Source of the DNA: Candidatus Omnitrophota bacterium
GTDB lineage: Bacteria; Omnitrophota; Gorgyraeia; Zapsychrales; Zapsychraceae
Length of the DNA stretch: 64,000 nucleotides
Reading direction: 5' to 3'
Assembly (NCBI GenBank): GCA_020429915.1
Contig: JAGQKV010000018.1
Span: forward strand, 69,770 to 133,769
Part shown: piece by piece, positions 18,525 to 28,001 of the stretch
Layout: each line of letters starts with the position of its first letter
Position numbering within the stretch: the stretch's first letter is position 1
The notes under the pieces: model-generated
Databases searched by the model: none
What the model saw: the letters and a program-made list of their open reading frames with translations, nothing else
What the model was told of the DNA's origin: nothing
Position numbers and translations under genes: made by a program

Positions 18525-19898
18525 ATGGCACTTAACACCTCACAAATTCAGATCCAAAAGCAAATTCTGGCCCCGACCATGCAGCAATCGATCGAGGTCC
18601 TGATGCTCCCTATTATCGAGCTGAATACGGCCATCGACCTGGAGCTGCAGGAAAATCCCTGCCTGGAGATCGATGAAGAAAAGACCGCGCGCGAACGCAA
18701 GCAGCTGGACGATATCATCCAGAATGCCCTGCGCCACCGGGCGGACCGCGCCTACAGCACCAGTGATGAATCCGAGAATGTCGATGATGACCTGCCCGAT
18801 GAAAAGCCGATTCCCGGGGCGGTCCATATTGATGACCACCTGCTCAATCAGCTGCGCCTGGAGACCAACGACCCCCTGGCCGATGAAATCGGAGAACTGA
18901 TTATCGGCAGTCTGGATGAAGACGGCTATTTGACGGTTAGCTGTATGGATATCGCCCGCACGCTACGGCTGGATTCAGTCGAACCCGTGGAAGACGTCCT
19001 GCGGATGATTCAGGGTTTTGATCCGATCGGCATTGCCTCCCGCAACCTGCAGGAATGCCTGCTGGCACAGATCAATACTCAATTCAACGGGCATGCCGAC
19101 CTGGCCCGCGCGATCGTCACCGATTGTCTGGATGAGCTCGGGCGCCGCCGCTACCAGGATATCGCCCGAAAACTCAAGAGTTCGCTGGAAGACGTCAAAC
19201 ACGTAGCCAAATCGATATCGCATCTCGAACCCAAGCCGGCCCGCAAATACCAGCCTTATAACAGCAACATCTATGTCAAACCCGACATCATGATTACCAA
19301 GGACAAGGAAGAACAGTTCCAGGTCCAGGTGAATAACGAAAATGTCCCCAGCCTGCGTATCAGCGCCACCTATGAGAAAATTCTCAAGCAGCCCAACCGC
19401 TCGGCGGAGGAAACCGAGTTTATTCGGGAAAAAATCAAGAATGCGCTGATGTTCATTCGCAGCATCGAGCTGCGCCGGGAGACCCTGAAGAAGATCGCGG
19501 AGTACATCCTCAACCACCAAAGAGCCTTTTTCGTAAATGAACAGAATCCGCTGAAACCCATGATCCTCAAGGATGTCGCCCAAGCGGTGGAACGCAATGA
19601 ATCGACGGTCTGCCGGGCGATCAACAATAAGTATATCCAGACACCGCACGGCCTGTACCCCGTGAAATACTTCTTCTCCCAAGCGGTCAATGACAATGCC
19701 ACCGGCGAAAACGTGGCCAGCCGCAGCGTCAAGGAAGAAATCAAGAGCCTCATTGACGATGAGGACAAGACACACCCCCTCTCCGACCAGGCCATCCAGG
19801 CCCACTTCGAGAACAAAGGCATGAAGATCGCCCGCCGCACGATCAGCAAGTACCGGCAACAATTGAATATCCTGCCCTCGCATTTGCGCAAAATCTAA
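18525..19898 (+). CDS. rpoN: RNA polymerase sigma-54 factor RpoN
   Basis: MALNTSQIQIQKQILAPTMQQSIEVLMLPIIELNTAIDLELQENPCLE (region I), core-binding region, C-terminal HTH and RpoN box ..ARRTISKYRQQLNILPSHLRK. Track start 18507 is 6 codons upstream. Confidence 0.9.
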   Translation: MALNTSQIQIQKQILAPTMQQSIEVLMLPIIELNTAIDLELQENPCLEIDEEKTARERKQLDDIIQNALRHRADRAYSTSDESENVDDDLPDEKPIPGAVHIDDHLLNQLRLETNDPLADEIGELIIGSLDEDGYLTVSCMDIARTLRLDSVEPVEDVLRMIQGFDPIGIASRNLQECLLAQINTQFNGHADLARAIVTDCLDELGRRRYQDIARKLKSSLEDVKHVAKSISHLEPKPARKYQPYNSNIYVKPDIMITKDKEEQFQVQVNNENVPSLRISATYEKILKQPNRSAEETEFIREKIKNALMFIRSIELRRETLKKIAEYILNHQRAFFVNEQNPLKPMILKDVAQAVERNESTVCRAINNKYIQTPHGLYPVKYFFSQAVNDNATGENVASRSVKEEIKSLIDDEDKTHPLSDQAIQAHFENKGMKIARRTISKYRQQLNILPSHLRKI

Positions 19899-20163
19899 CG
19901 TCTCCCCTTGGACCGGAACCCATCAACAGCGGATAGTGTTCAGCGAACAGCGGCAAGTGCTCATGTTTGAGATACGCGTACCTCTGGCATTTAGCGGTGA
20001 GCGGCTGGCGGCGAGTGTTCAAGACGTACCTTCCGGGATTAGAATCGGGCGGATAGTCACCGGAGAAGAGTTTGGCGGCTAATTTCTCTATTCCCGGAGC
20101 CCACGACCATCTGACCGCTGATCCCTGTCTGGTCTCTAGCCGCTGGACGCTGTCCGCTGAATC

Positions 20164-21693
20164 TCAGCGATAAATCAGCACATCATCCAGCCACAACTTG
20201 TTGAGATTGCCATCGTGCGGCGGGATCACCAGCTCCAATTCCTTGATCGACTTGTTGGCACTCAGCAGGGACTGGATCTCGCCGATCACGTCGATTTGCA
20301 GTTGATGCCATTGGCCGTCATTGGACAGGGTCCGCATGGCGGGGATGCGGGGATGTTCGCAGAGAGCCCCCGTGGTCGCTCCCAGGCAGACCCATTCACC
20401 CAGCTGCGTCCTGGCGCGCAGAATCATGGGCTGGTCCGGCAGCATCTGGTAGGTGAATCTGAGCTTGGGATACGCGGTAAAGGGTTCGGGCGGGAGCTTG
20501 ATCGAAGCGTTGCGGATCGTCAGCCGGCCGCTCTCCAGCTGGTAACAGCGGCCGTGATCCGGCTTGAACACAATGGCGCGGTGCATGTCCGTGGCCACGG
20601 CCAGCCGGGTGTCGGTGTCTTCAAAATTCTCGTTGATAAAGACATCCTCGCCGGGCGGCAGCTGAAATGAGTCGCCAGGTTGCCCTTCTCCCGCCGCGCG
20701 CGCCGCCGCTCCGGGCGTAATCCGCTTTTGGACCATGGCAAACATCGGCCTGTGGTCGCCGCCCAGCTGCGGCCCGGGTTCGGCTTTCAGGACGGTCCAG
20801 GCGGGGTCCGTGAGGATATGATCTATCCGGACACCGTACCAGCGGGTAAACTTGCTGTGGCCGAATCCCTTGCCCATGACCAGGAAGGCGTTTTGCAGGT
20901 GCCCCCAATACTTTCGGTAAATCGGATTGTTAGCGGGCAGATTAAAATCGCCGGCGACGATGATGTTCTTCGAACGCGGAATGAGCGTCGAAGCGGTCGC
21001 CGATTCGTACAGCTGAACGTCGGTGGTGCCTTGCATGTCGTAACGGCCGATGATCCCCCGGTGAATCAGGGACTCCACCCCCTCCCGCGGGGTTTCCAGG
21101 TGGACACCGTAGATCATCAGGTCGCCGCCGTCGGTCGCTACCCGGGCACCGATCAGATAGTGCTCATGAAAATCGGTATCGATTACCGGAAATTTGGTCG
21201 CCAGAGCCAGCCCGTTGTTGGAAATGAACTCCCACCCGCTCTCCAGAAAATGCTGCGCAATAATCCCTTTGGCCACATCATCATAAAACTCCTGGAACAG
21301 GATCACATTGGCATCCATGCGGTCGGCATAACCGTAGAAGGCCTTTCCCGGGATCCCCTCCATGTTGACGGTGATCACCCGCAACGTCAGGGTGTCCCCG
21401 TACAACCGTTCCGGAGTCTTCAAAGGTATACGGAAATCCATCAGAAAATAGACAAAGAGGATAATAACAAAAGAATGAAAATAGACGCCCTTAATCGAAT
21501 TGACCCGGAATCCCATCACGAGGAGCAGGATCAAGGGGATCAGCAGGACCCACAACGGCGATATCAGGACCAGGTTCGGAATCCACCAGTATTTTTCCGG
21601 AAGATACTCCCCGAAGTACATCGCCGCCAGAAAAGCACCGTAGGCGAGGGACAAAAACCAGAATATAAATCGGGATACGGGTTTATCAGCCAT
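20164..21693 (-). CDS. endonuclease/exonuclease/phosphatase (EEP) family protein with N-terminal transmembrane region and C-terminal unknown beta-rich domain
   Basis: 509 aa; 3-4 N-terminal TM helices; EEP motifs ..VITVNMEG..ILFQEF.. ..GDFNLPANN.. ..RIDHILTD..; ~180-aa C-terminal extension without recognisable motifs. Confidence 0.55.
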   Translation of the reverse strand: MADKPVSRFIFWFLSLAYGAFLAAMYFGEYLPEKYWWIPNLVLISPLWVLLIPLILLLVMGFRVNSIKGVYFHSFVIILFVYFLMDFRIPLKTPERLYGDTLTLRVITVNMEGIPGKAFYGYADRMDANVILFQEFYDDVAKGIIAQHFLESGWEFISNNGLALATKFPVIDTDFHEHYLIGARVATDGGDLMIYGVHLETPREGVESLIHRGIIGRYDMQGTTDVQLYESATASTLIPRSKNIIVAGDFNLPANNPIYRKYWGHLQNAFLVMGKGFGHSKFTRWYGVRIDHILTDPAWTVLKAEPGPQLGGDHRPMFAMVQKRITPGAAARAAGEGQPGDSFQLPPGEDVFINENFEDTDTRLAVATDMHRAIVFKPDHGRCYQLESGRLTIRNASIKLPPEPFTAYPKLRFTYQMLPDQPMILRARTQLGEWVCLGATTGALCEHPRIPAMRTLSNDGQWHQLQIDVIGEIQSLLSANKSIKELELVIPPHDGNLNKLWLDDVLIYR

Positions 21694-21723
21694 GCGAATA
21701 GAAGGGATTGGGACGCCCGGCGA

Positions 21724-22098
21724 TTATATGCCCGGATCGCCCTGCCGCTGTCCGGCGTAGTCATCCTGAAGGCGTTCGATATCATCCTCGGAGAGCAGTT
21801 TGCCGCAGGCGACTTCGATAAAGACCAGTTTGACCGTACCGGTGTTGGCGATCCGGTGGACGGTGCCGACCGGCACATCAATCACCGAGCCGGCCTGTAC
21901 CTTGACGATCTTGTCGTCCAGCGTGACCTCACCGGAGCCGGTGACGACGTTCCATTTTTCTGAACGATGAAAGTGTTTCTGCAGACTGAGGCGGGCACCG
22001 GGCTTGACCTCCACACGCTTGACCCACACCCCTTCCTCCTCCAGAAACTTAATATAATGCCCCCAGGGGCGCTCCGTGACATTGATTTTGATATCCAT
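21724..22098 (-). CDS. cupin domain protein (mannose-6-phosphate isomerase type II C-terminal-like)
   Basis: 124 aa; ..RPWGHYIKFLEEEGVWVKRVEVKPGARLSLQKHFHRSEKWNVVTGSGEVTLDDKIVKVQAGSVIDVPVGTVHRIANTG.. matches the ManC C-terminal cupin pattern. Confidence 0.7.
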   Translation of the reverse strand: MDIKINVTERPWGHYIKFLEEEGVWVKRVEVKPGARLSLQKHFHRSEKWNVVTGSGEVTLDDKIVKVQAGSVIDVPVGTVHRIANTGTVKLVFIEVACGKLLSEDDIERLQDDYAGQRQGDPGI

Positions 22099-22133
22099 AC
22101 TGAAACCTCTCTACGTAATAAAACTACTCAAAT

Positions 22134-23054
22134 ATGGTAAACCATACCATATGCGGACTGAAGCTGTCCACCAAAGATTTGCATCCCTCACGCGGGCGTG
22201 ATAAACTCTTGGAAATTTACCCCTTTAATCTGTCGAACCGGGAGGCGCGCGTGCCCACGATTGACGAAAATAAAAAGAATTGGGAAGACTATCACTGGGA
22301 TACCCACGGCGACATATGGTCCGAGGGCTGGGGCACGGTAGATATGCAGTGGTACGGCACCTTGCTCCCCCGCCTGCATCAGTTTGTCCCGGCCGGAACG
22401 ATCCTGGAAATCGCTCCGGGTTATGGGCGCTGGACCCATTATCTGCAGAATTTAGGTGATAGTATTATCATCGTGGACCTCGTGCAAAAGTGTATCGAAT
22501 ATTGTCAGGAACGATTCCGGGAATCAAAAAATATATCCTATCATGTCAATGACGGAAAATCCCTGGCCATGATTCCAAACGGCAGCGTCGATCTAATCTT
22601 TAGTTTTGACTCACTTGTTCACGTCGAAGAAGATGTTATCCAGAATTACATAGGGGAGTTTGCTCGAGTCCTCAAGCCCGGTGGGTATGGCTTTATCCAT
22701 CATTCCAATCTTGGAGAGTATGCGGATTATTTCAAATTCGTGGATAAACTGGCATTTGCTCATGATGCCCTATACCGTTTGCGGCTAATAGATCATTACA
22801 AGCATTGGCGCGCCTCCAGCATGACGGCCGACAAATTCGACCGTTTCGCCTCAGAAGCGGGTCTGCAAGTCCTAACGCAAGAAAAAATCAATTGGGGCCG
22901 GTCTCTGCTGATTGATTGTATCAGCACTTTCACTACTAAAAATGCTCCCCACGCTCGAACACGACGGGTTATCGCCAATCCGCACTTTCGTCGCGAGTCC
23001 GACTATCTGAGGGACCTGAGCGGGGCGTATCAGCTTACCGACAAGCAGAAGTAA
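22134..23054 (+). CDS. class I SAM-dependent methyltransferase
   Basis: 306 aa; motif I ..ILEIAPGYGRW.., ..VLKPGGYGFIHHSN..; a GTG at ~22251 preceded by GGGAGG may be the true start. Confidence 0.65.
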   Translation: MVNHTICGLKLSTKDLHPSRGRDKLLEIYPFNLSNREARVPTIDENKKNWEDYHWDTHGDIWSEGWGTVDMQWYGTLLPRLHQFVPAGTILEIAPGYGRWTHYLQNLGDSIIIVDLVQKCIEYCQERFRESKNISYHVNDGKSLAMIPNGSVDLIFSFDSLVHVEEDVIQNYIGEFARVLKPGGYGFIHHSNLGEYADYFKFVDKLAFAHDALYRLRLIDHYKHWRASSMTADKFDRFASEAGLQVLTQEKINWGRSLLIDCISTFTTKNAPHARTRRVIANPHFRRESDYLRDLSGAYQLTDKQK

Positions 23055-23099
23055 CTACGTTCCGATTGATTTGCTCCCAGCATGAACGGCGACCTAACA

Positions 23100-23200
23100 G
23101 GGTGATGAGTGATGATCCGGTCCGTGTCCGGGGGATGATTCTTCCGGTGCGTGGAATGCACCAAATACGACCACTACTTACCGCCCATCACTCATCACCC
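23100..23200. repeat. palindromic repeat element copy A (15-bp perfect terminal inverted repeat GGGTGATGAGTGATG / CATCACTCATCACCC)
   Basis: Intergenic between convergent genes; arms 23100-23114 and 23186-23200 are exact reverse complements; related copies at 23262-23400 and 32672-32769. Confidence 0.6.
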
Positions 23201-23261
23201 TATAATCCTATTGCCCGTCAATATCCGATATTCTGGTGACTATGGGACTGGTCACAAGGGT

Positions 23262-23400
23262 GGTGAGTGCTGTAGCCGGGCAGTACACTTAGTGATGAGT
23301 GATGATCCAGTCCGCGTTTGGATGATGATCCCGATTGTGCTTGGAAAGCGCCTCATACGACCATCACTCACCTCCCATCACTCATCACCCTAATGTTCTC
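23262..23400. repeat. palindromic repeat element copy B (tandem to copy A)
   Basis: Shares GGTGAGTGCTG, AGTGATGAGTGATGATCC, CATACGACCATCACTCACC and CCCATCACTCATCACCC blocks with copies A and C; nested inverted repeats. Confidence 0.6.
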
Positions 23401-23407
23401 TTGCCAG

Positions 23408-24571
23408 TCACCATCCAATCAGCTGCCGGCTGCGGCGCGGGAAAGTCCTGCGAATCGCGGCGGCGATGAGAAAAGCGCCGGCACCGATCACCACCGTCCA
23501 TCCCCCCCACATCACGATACCCGGCAGCTGATGGAAAAGCGGCAGGTCCGTCAGGCCGGATTTCTTAACGGCCAGGATCAGTACCGGATGCAGAAAGTAC
23601 ACCGCGAAGCTGGCGGCGGCCAGGGTCTTCAACCACGGCCAGTTCCGGTACTCGAACCGGTTGAGAAATACGTAGAAAAACAGGCAGCCGAGCATCTTTT
23701 GCACGAGATTGATGTCCAGCCCGGCCCAGACCAGGGCCGGTTTGTGCATATTGGCATATTCTGGATACAGCATCACCTGCTCGAGGGACAACGCCAGCAT
23801 CATCAGGGCGATCACCCACTCCTTGCCGGTCAGGTGCTTGATCACCGCGGCCCGGTCCAACGACACGCACATCCCCAATAGATACACCGGCAGGTAATAG
23901 ACCACCGCCTGCACGATCGCGATATTATGCACCGGCCGGTGGATGAGCATGGCGATCAGCAGCGCCCCGCCCAGGCCCGCCAAACGCGCGCGGCGCGGCA
24001 GGGTCAGATAATTCAGGAACAACGGCGAGAGCGCGAAGACGATCATGATAAACGGAATGTACCAGTAGGCGTCGAAAAGCCGGCCGGTACTCAGATAATT
24101 CCACGCCGGCAACAGATAATCGGCGACCACCCCCGTCCCCGCCGTATACATCAAATCCGCATGCGGCCCGCCCTGGCGGATGCCGACGTAATAAATTACC
24201 AGCGGCGTGCAGACGACCAGGTACGGCATGAGGACGTTGCCGATCTTCTTTGACATAAAGCGCCGGTAGTTAAAATTGCGGCTGAAGATGTGGTGGAACA
24301 GGAATCCGGAGATAAAGACGAAGAACGCGGTCCCGCCCTTGACGAGGTTGACGATCACCTTTTCGTAGGCCGCGTCGGTGTGCCAGCCGGCCAAGGTAAA
24401 GGCATGCCCGGCAACGATAAAAAGAATCGCCAACCCGCGGAAGTAATTCAACGAATTAAGATAGACCGGCTTGCGGGATTGCGGTTCGGGGACCGAATCC
24501 ATCCGCTGCTGCACCGCCGGCGGAACGGGGTCCAGTGAAGACTGTTGGGTATTTTTGTGATCAGATTCCAT
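23408..24571 (-). CDS. acyltransferase family 3 membrane protein (O-acyltransferase, OpgC/OatA-like)
   Basis: 387 aa, ~10 TM; N-terminal ..LNSLNYFRGLAILFIVAGHAF.. typical of Acyl_transf_3. Confidence 0.6.
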   Translation of the reverse strand: MESDHKNTQQSSLDPVPPAVQQRMDSVPEPQSRKPVYLNSLNYFRGLAILFIVAGHAFTLAGWHTDAAYEKVIVNLVKGGTAFFVFISGFLFHHIFSRNFNYRRFMSKKIGNVLMPYLVVCTPLVIYYVGIRQGGPHADLMYTAGTGVVADYLLPAWNYLSTGRLFDAYWYIPFIMIVFALSPLFLNYLTLPRRARLAGLGGALLIAMLIHRPVHNIAIVQAVVYYLPVYLLGMCVSLDRAAVIKHLTGKEWVIALMMLALSLEQVMLYPEYANMHKPALVWAGLDINLVQKMLGCLFFYVFLNRFEYRNWPWLKTLAAASFAVYFLHPVLILAVKKSGLTDLPLFHQLPGIVMWGGWTVVIGAGAFLIAAAIRRTFPRRSRQLIGW

Positions 24572-24655
24572 GTGTAACGGGATAGCGTGTTAACGAAGCT
24601 TTTTAACACGGATACGCCGATGGGGCAATGGAATAATTCTGTGCGAGCATGGAAA

Positions 24656-25573
24656 TTATTGACTACCGGGCTGGCGTTTTCCGAACAGCGTGTGGCGGAC
24701 TTTGTACCACAGGCTGCGCATTAGGCACTGGATAAACAGCTGGCGGTCGGGATTCGGATGATGATGAATCTCGCGGGCGTAGTCCCAGAATTTGCGGGCG
24801 TAGAGTGCGTTGAGCGCCGGATCACGGCGGACGGCATCGGGCGCGTACTCGATCATGATCTTGTAGCCGCAGCGCAGGGCCTCCATGTAGCGCGTCTTGG
24901 TCACGCTGTCGAGCGTCTTGCGGTACAGCACCAGCGGCTCGTTGATAATCGCCAATTGATAACCGTTCTTGGCCAGACGCAGCCATAACTCATAATCCTG
25001 ACTGAGGCGCAGGTCCTCGCGGAACCCTCCCACGTTCAGCAAGGCCTCACGGGTCGCGGCCACGCGCGAAGCGCCGCCCAGATAATTGCCGACGATCAGG
25101 CTGTCATAGACGCTTAGTTCCCGGTTAAAGAGTTCGCGATGACGCTGAATATTCACGGTCTCGATGACTTCGTCGTGTTCGTTGCCGTCCGCGTCGACCG
25201 TGACCTTGCAGGCCGCAGTCACCGCCCACTGACAGCTTCCGTCGGCCAGGGCATTCACCACGCGCGTGACAAATTCCGGCGACCATTCATCATCCGAATC
25301 GAGAAAGGCAATGATCTCTCCCTTCGCCTCCCGGATCCCCCGGTTGCGCGCCGCTGCCGAACCCTGGTTTTCCTGATAATAGTAGCGGATCCGGTCGGGA
25401 TGTTCGTGAATGTGCTTCTCAACGACCGCACGCGTATCATCCTGTGACCCGTCATCGACAATGATCAACTCGAAGTCCGGATACGTCTGCGCAAATACCG
25501 TGCGTACCAGTCCTCCGATATACTGGCACCGGTTGTAGGTGGGGGTAACGATACTGACTTTAGGTGAACTCAT
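24656..25573 (-). CDS. glycosyltransferase family 2
   Basis: 305 aa; MSSPKVSIVTPTYNRCQYIGGLVRTVFAQTYPDFELIIVDDGSQDDT.. ..AFLDSDDEW.. Confidence 0.8.
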   Translation of the reverse strand: MSSPKVSIVTPTYNRCQYIGGLVRTVFAQTYPDFELIIVDDGSQDDTRAVVEKHIHEHPDRIRYYYQENQGSAAARNRGIREAKGEIIAFLDSDDEWSPEFVTRVVNALADGSCQWAVTAACKVTVDADGNEHDEVIETVNIQRHRELFNRELSVYDSLIVGNYLGGASRVAATREALLNVGGFREDLRLSQDYELWLRLAKNGYQLAIINEPLVLYRKTLDSVTKTRYMEALRCGYKIMIEYAPDAVRRDPALNALYARKFWDYAREIHHHPNPDRQLFIQCLMRSLWYKVRHTLFGKRQPGSQ

Positions 25574-25670
25574 TGATTCGGCTTGCCGGTACTAGTCCTT
25601 AAGGATTTCCTCAGGTTCAGGGGATTCGGTTGACGTTGACCGTTTTCGGAAAATAACGCAATGGCGCCGT

Positions 25671-26066
25671 TTATTCGGCAAGAATCTGTCCGTCCTTCTT
25701 CCACGGCCACAGCAGCATAGGGAGCCATTCGGGCTTGCGGGACTGAATGATGTGATAAGCGTAGGCGCGGGCCTCGGGCCGCAGGCGGGCAAAATCTTCC
25801 ACGGACGGGCATTCATCGAGGCCGGCCCAGACAATCCCCAGATCCTCGCCACACTCTTCCACCAGCTCCCTGGATTCGTCCGGATCACAGGCGACCCGCA
25901 GATACGCCGCGACCGTATCCGGGCCGAATTCCCGTTTGAGCAGGGCTTCGGCGGCCGCGTCGCGGTGGACATAGTCCAGGTTTTTGTCCAGAAGATTGCT
26001 GATATCGTTTTCCCTGGAACCGAAGATCAGATACGCGACTTTGTCGAGTATGGTCCCCATGTGCAA
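25671..26066 (-). CDS. hypothetical protein
   Basis: 131 aa acidic protein, no recognisable motif; codon usage consistent with neighbours; divergent from glnS. Confidence 0.35.
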   Translation of the reverse strand: MHMGTILDKVAYLIFGSRENDISNLLDKNLDYVHRDAAAEALLKREFGPDTVAAYLRVACDPDESRELVEECGEDLGIVWAGLDECPSVEDFARLRPEARAYAYHIIQSRKPEWLPMLLWPWKKDGQILAE

Positions 26067-26080
26067 TACGCCCCGTTGGG

Positions 26081-26111
26081 TTGACTTTTCTGTCCCATTT
26101 TATGCTATAAT
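26081..26111 (+). promoter_or_regulatory. candidate sigma-70 promoter of glnS (-35 TTGACT, extended -10 TGcTATAAT)
   Basis: TTGACT ~26081-26086, 19-bp spacer, TGCTATAAT ~26103-26111, ~75 nt upstream of glnS ATG. Confidence 0.4.
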
Positions 26112-26185
26112 AGCCTCCATTTCACGAAAAATTTCGGATCGGTGTCCCGGTCCGGTTTCTTTAATTCTCAAGAACTAGGTCGGTT

Positions 26186-27880
26186 ATGAACGAACCCAAC
26201 GTAGGCGAACCCAAGAAAGAATCGGTCGATTTCATCCGTCAGCAGATCAGTGCGGACGTCAAAAAGGGTAAACACGACGGCCGGGTGGTCACCCGCTTCC
26301 CACCGGAGCCCAACGGATTTCTACACATCGGGCACGCCAAGTCGATCTGCCTGAATTTCGGCGCCGCGCTGGAGTTCAGCGGCCGCTGCCACCTTCGCTT
26401 CGACGACACCAATCCCTGCAAGGAAGAAACCAAGTATGCCGAAGCTATAGAGGACAACGTCAAATGGCTGGGATTCTCCTGGGGAGATCACCTTTACTAT
26501 GCCTCGGACTATTATCAAAAGCTGTATGAGTACGCCGTTGATTTGATCACGCGCGGACTGGCTTATGTGGATGATCAGTCCCAGGAAGAGATCCGCGCCA
26601 ACCGCGGGACCCTCACAGAGCCCGGCGTCAACAGCCCGTTCCGGGACCGCAGTGTGGAGGAAAACCTGGCGCTGTTCGAGAAGATGAAAAACGGTGATTT
26701 CGAGGAAGGCCGTTGCGTGCTGCGCGCCAAGATCGACATGGCCTCCCCCACCATCGCCATGCGTGATCCCGCTATCTATCGCATTATCAAACGCGTGCAA
26801 CACCACCGCACGGGTGACCGCTGGTGCATCTATCCGATGTACGACTTCGCGCATTGCCTTTCCGACGCCATTGAAGGCATCACGCATTCGTTGTGCACGC
26901 TGGAGTTCGTCAATCACCGGCCGTTGTATGACTGGTTCCTGGAAAAACTCGAGGTCCCGCACCGTCCCCAGCAGATCGAGTTCGCGCGACTGAACCTGAA
27001 TTATACCGTAATGAGCAAACGCAAACTGCTCAAACTGGTCGAGGAGCATTATGTAGACGGCTGGGACGATCCGCGCATGCCGACCATTTCCGGTCTGCGC
27101 CGCCGCGGTTACACACCGGAGGCGATCCGTGCGTTTTGCGATATCATCGGCATCGCCAAGTTCGACAGCACCGTGGACATGGCCCTCTTAGAGCATTGCC
27201 TGCGTGACGACCTGAACCGGCGCGCCCAGCGTGTCATGGCCGTCCTGCGGCCGCTGAAGATCGTCATCACCAATTATCCCGAAGACAGCTTTGAAGAACT
27301 GGAATGCGTCAATAATCCGGAAGATCCCGAGGCGGGCTTCCGTTACGTCCCCTTCGCGCGCGAGTTGTACATCGAACAGGAAGACTTCATGGAAGAGCCG
27401 CCCAAGAAATTCTTCCGCCTTGCTCCGGGCCGTGAGGTGCGCCTGCGCTATGCGTATTACATCACGTGCCAGGAAGTGGTCAAGGATGCCGACGGCAACA
27501 TCACCGAGTTACGCTGCACCTACGATCCGCAGACCAAAGGCGGGCAATCGGCGGACAACCGCAAGGTCAAGGCGACCCTGCACTGGGTCAGCTGCCAGCA
27601 CGCGGTGCCGGCGACCATCCGCCTGTATGACAGGCTGTTCGTGAAGGAAAATCCGGACAAAACCGAAGACGGCAAGGAATTTACCGATTATCTCAATCCG
27701 GATTCAGTGGAAATCCTGGAGGAATGCCAACTCGAACCGAGCCTGAAGACGGCCACGCATTTCGAAAATTTTCAGTTTGAAAGGCTGGGATACTTCTGCG
27801 TCGACACGGATTCGAGCATGGAGAGCCTGGTCTTTAATCGCGCCGTGTCTCTGCGGGACCAGTGGGCGAAGTTTAAATAG
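26186..27880 (+). CDS. glnS: glutamine--tRNA ligase
   Basis: 564 aa; class I aaRS HIGH motif ..[16 protein letters not shown].., KMSKS-type ..VMSKRK..; GlnRS anticodon-binding beta-barrel region at C-terminus. Confidence 0.9.
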   Translation: MNEPNVGEPKKESVDFIRQQISADVKKGKHDGRVVTRFPPEPNGFLHIGHAKSICLNFGAALEFSGRCHLRFDDTNPCKEETKYAEAIEDNVKWLGFSWGDHLYYASDYYQKLYEYAVDLITRGLAYVDDQSQEEIRANRGTLTEPGVNSPFRDRSVEENLALFEKMKNGDFEEGRCVLRAKIDMASPTIAMRDPAIYRIIKRVQHHRTGDRWCIYPMYDFAHCLSDAIEGITHSLCTLEFVNHRPLYDWFLEKLEVPHRPQQIEFARLNLNYTVMSKRKLLKLVEEHYVDGWDDPRMPTISGLRRRGYTPEAIRAFCDIIGIAKFDSTVDMALLEHCLRDDLNRRAQRVMAVLRPLKIVITNYPEDSFEELECVNNPEDPEAGFRYVPFARELYIEQEDFMEEPPKKFFRLAPGREVRLRYAYYITCQEVVKDADGNITELRCTYDPQTKGGQSADNRKVKATLHWVSCQHAVPATIRLYDRLFVKENPDKTEDGKEFTDYLNPDSVEILEECQLEPSLKTATHFENFQFERLGYFCVDTDSSMESLVFNRAVSLRDQWAKFK

Positions 27881-28001
27881 CAGCCAACAAAAAAACAGCG
27901 ACAGACGCCAATTACCCAAGGGAATCCATTTGTTAATTGGTATCTGTCCCTGTTTTCTTATCCCTGTCTCGTCTCTAACCGCTGGCCGTTTAGCGCTGCT
28001 T

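Noticed and set aside
19899-20163. Possible small RNA or riboswitch between rpoN and the EEP gene (repeated CAGCGG / GCGGATAGT motifs, CGCTGA-atc-TCAGCG hairpin)
   Set aside because: There is no match to any RNA family I can recognise and no convincing terminator or promoter pair. The hairpin overlaps the EEP stop codon. Left as unexplained convergent intergenic DNA.
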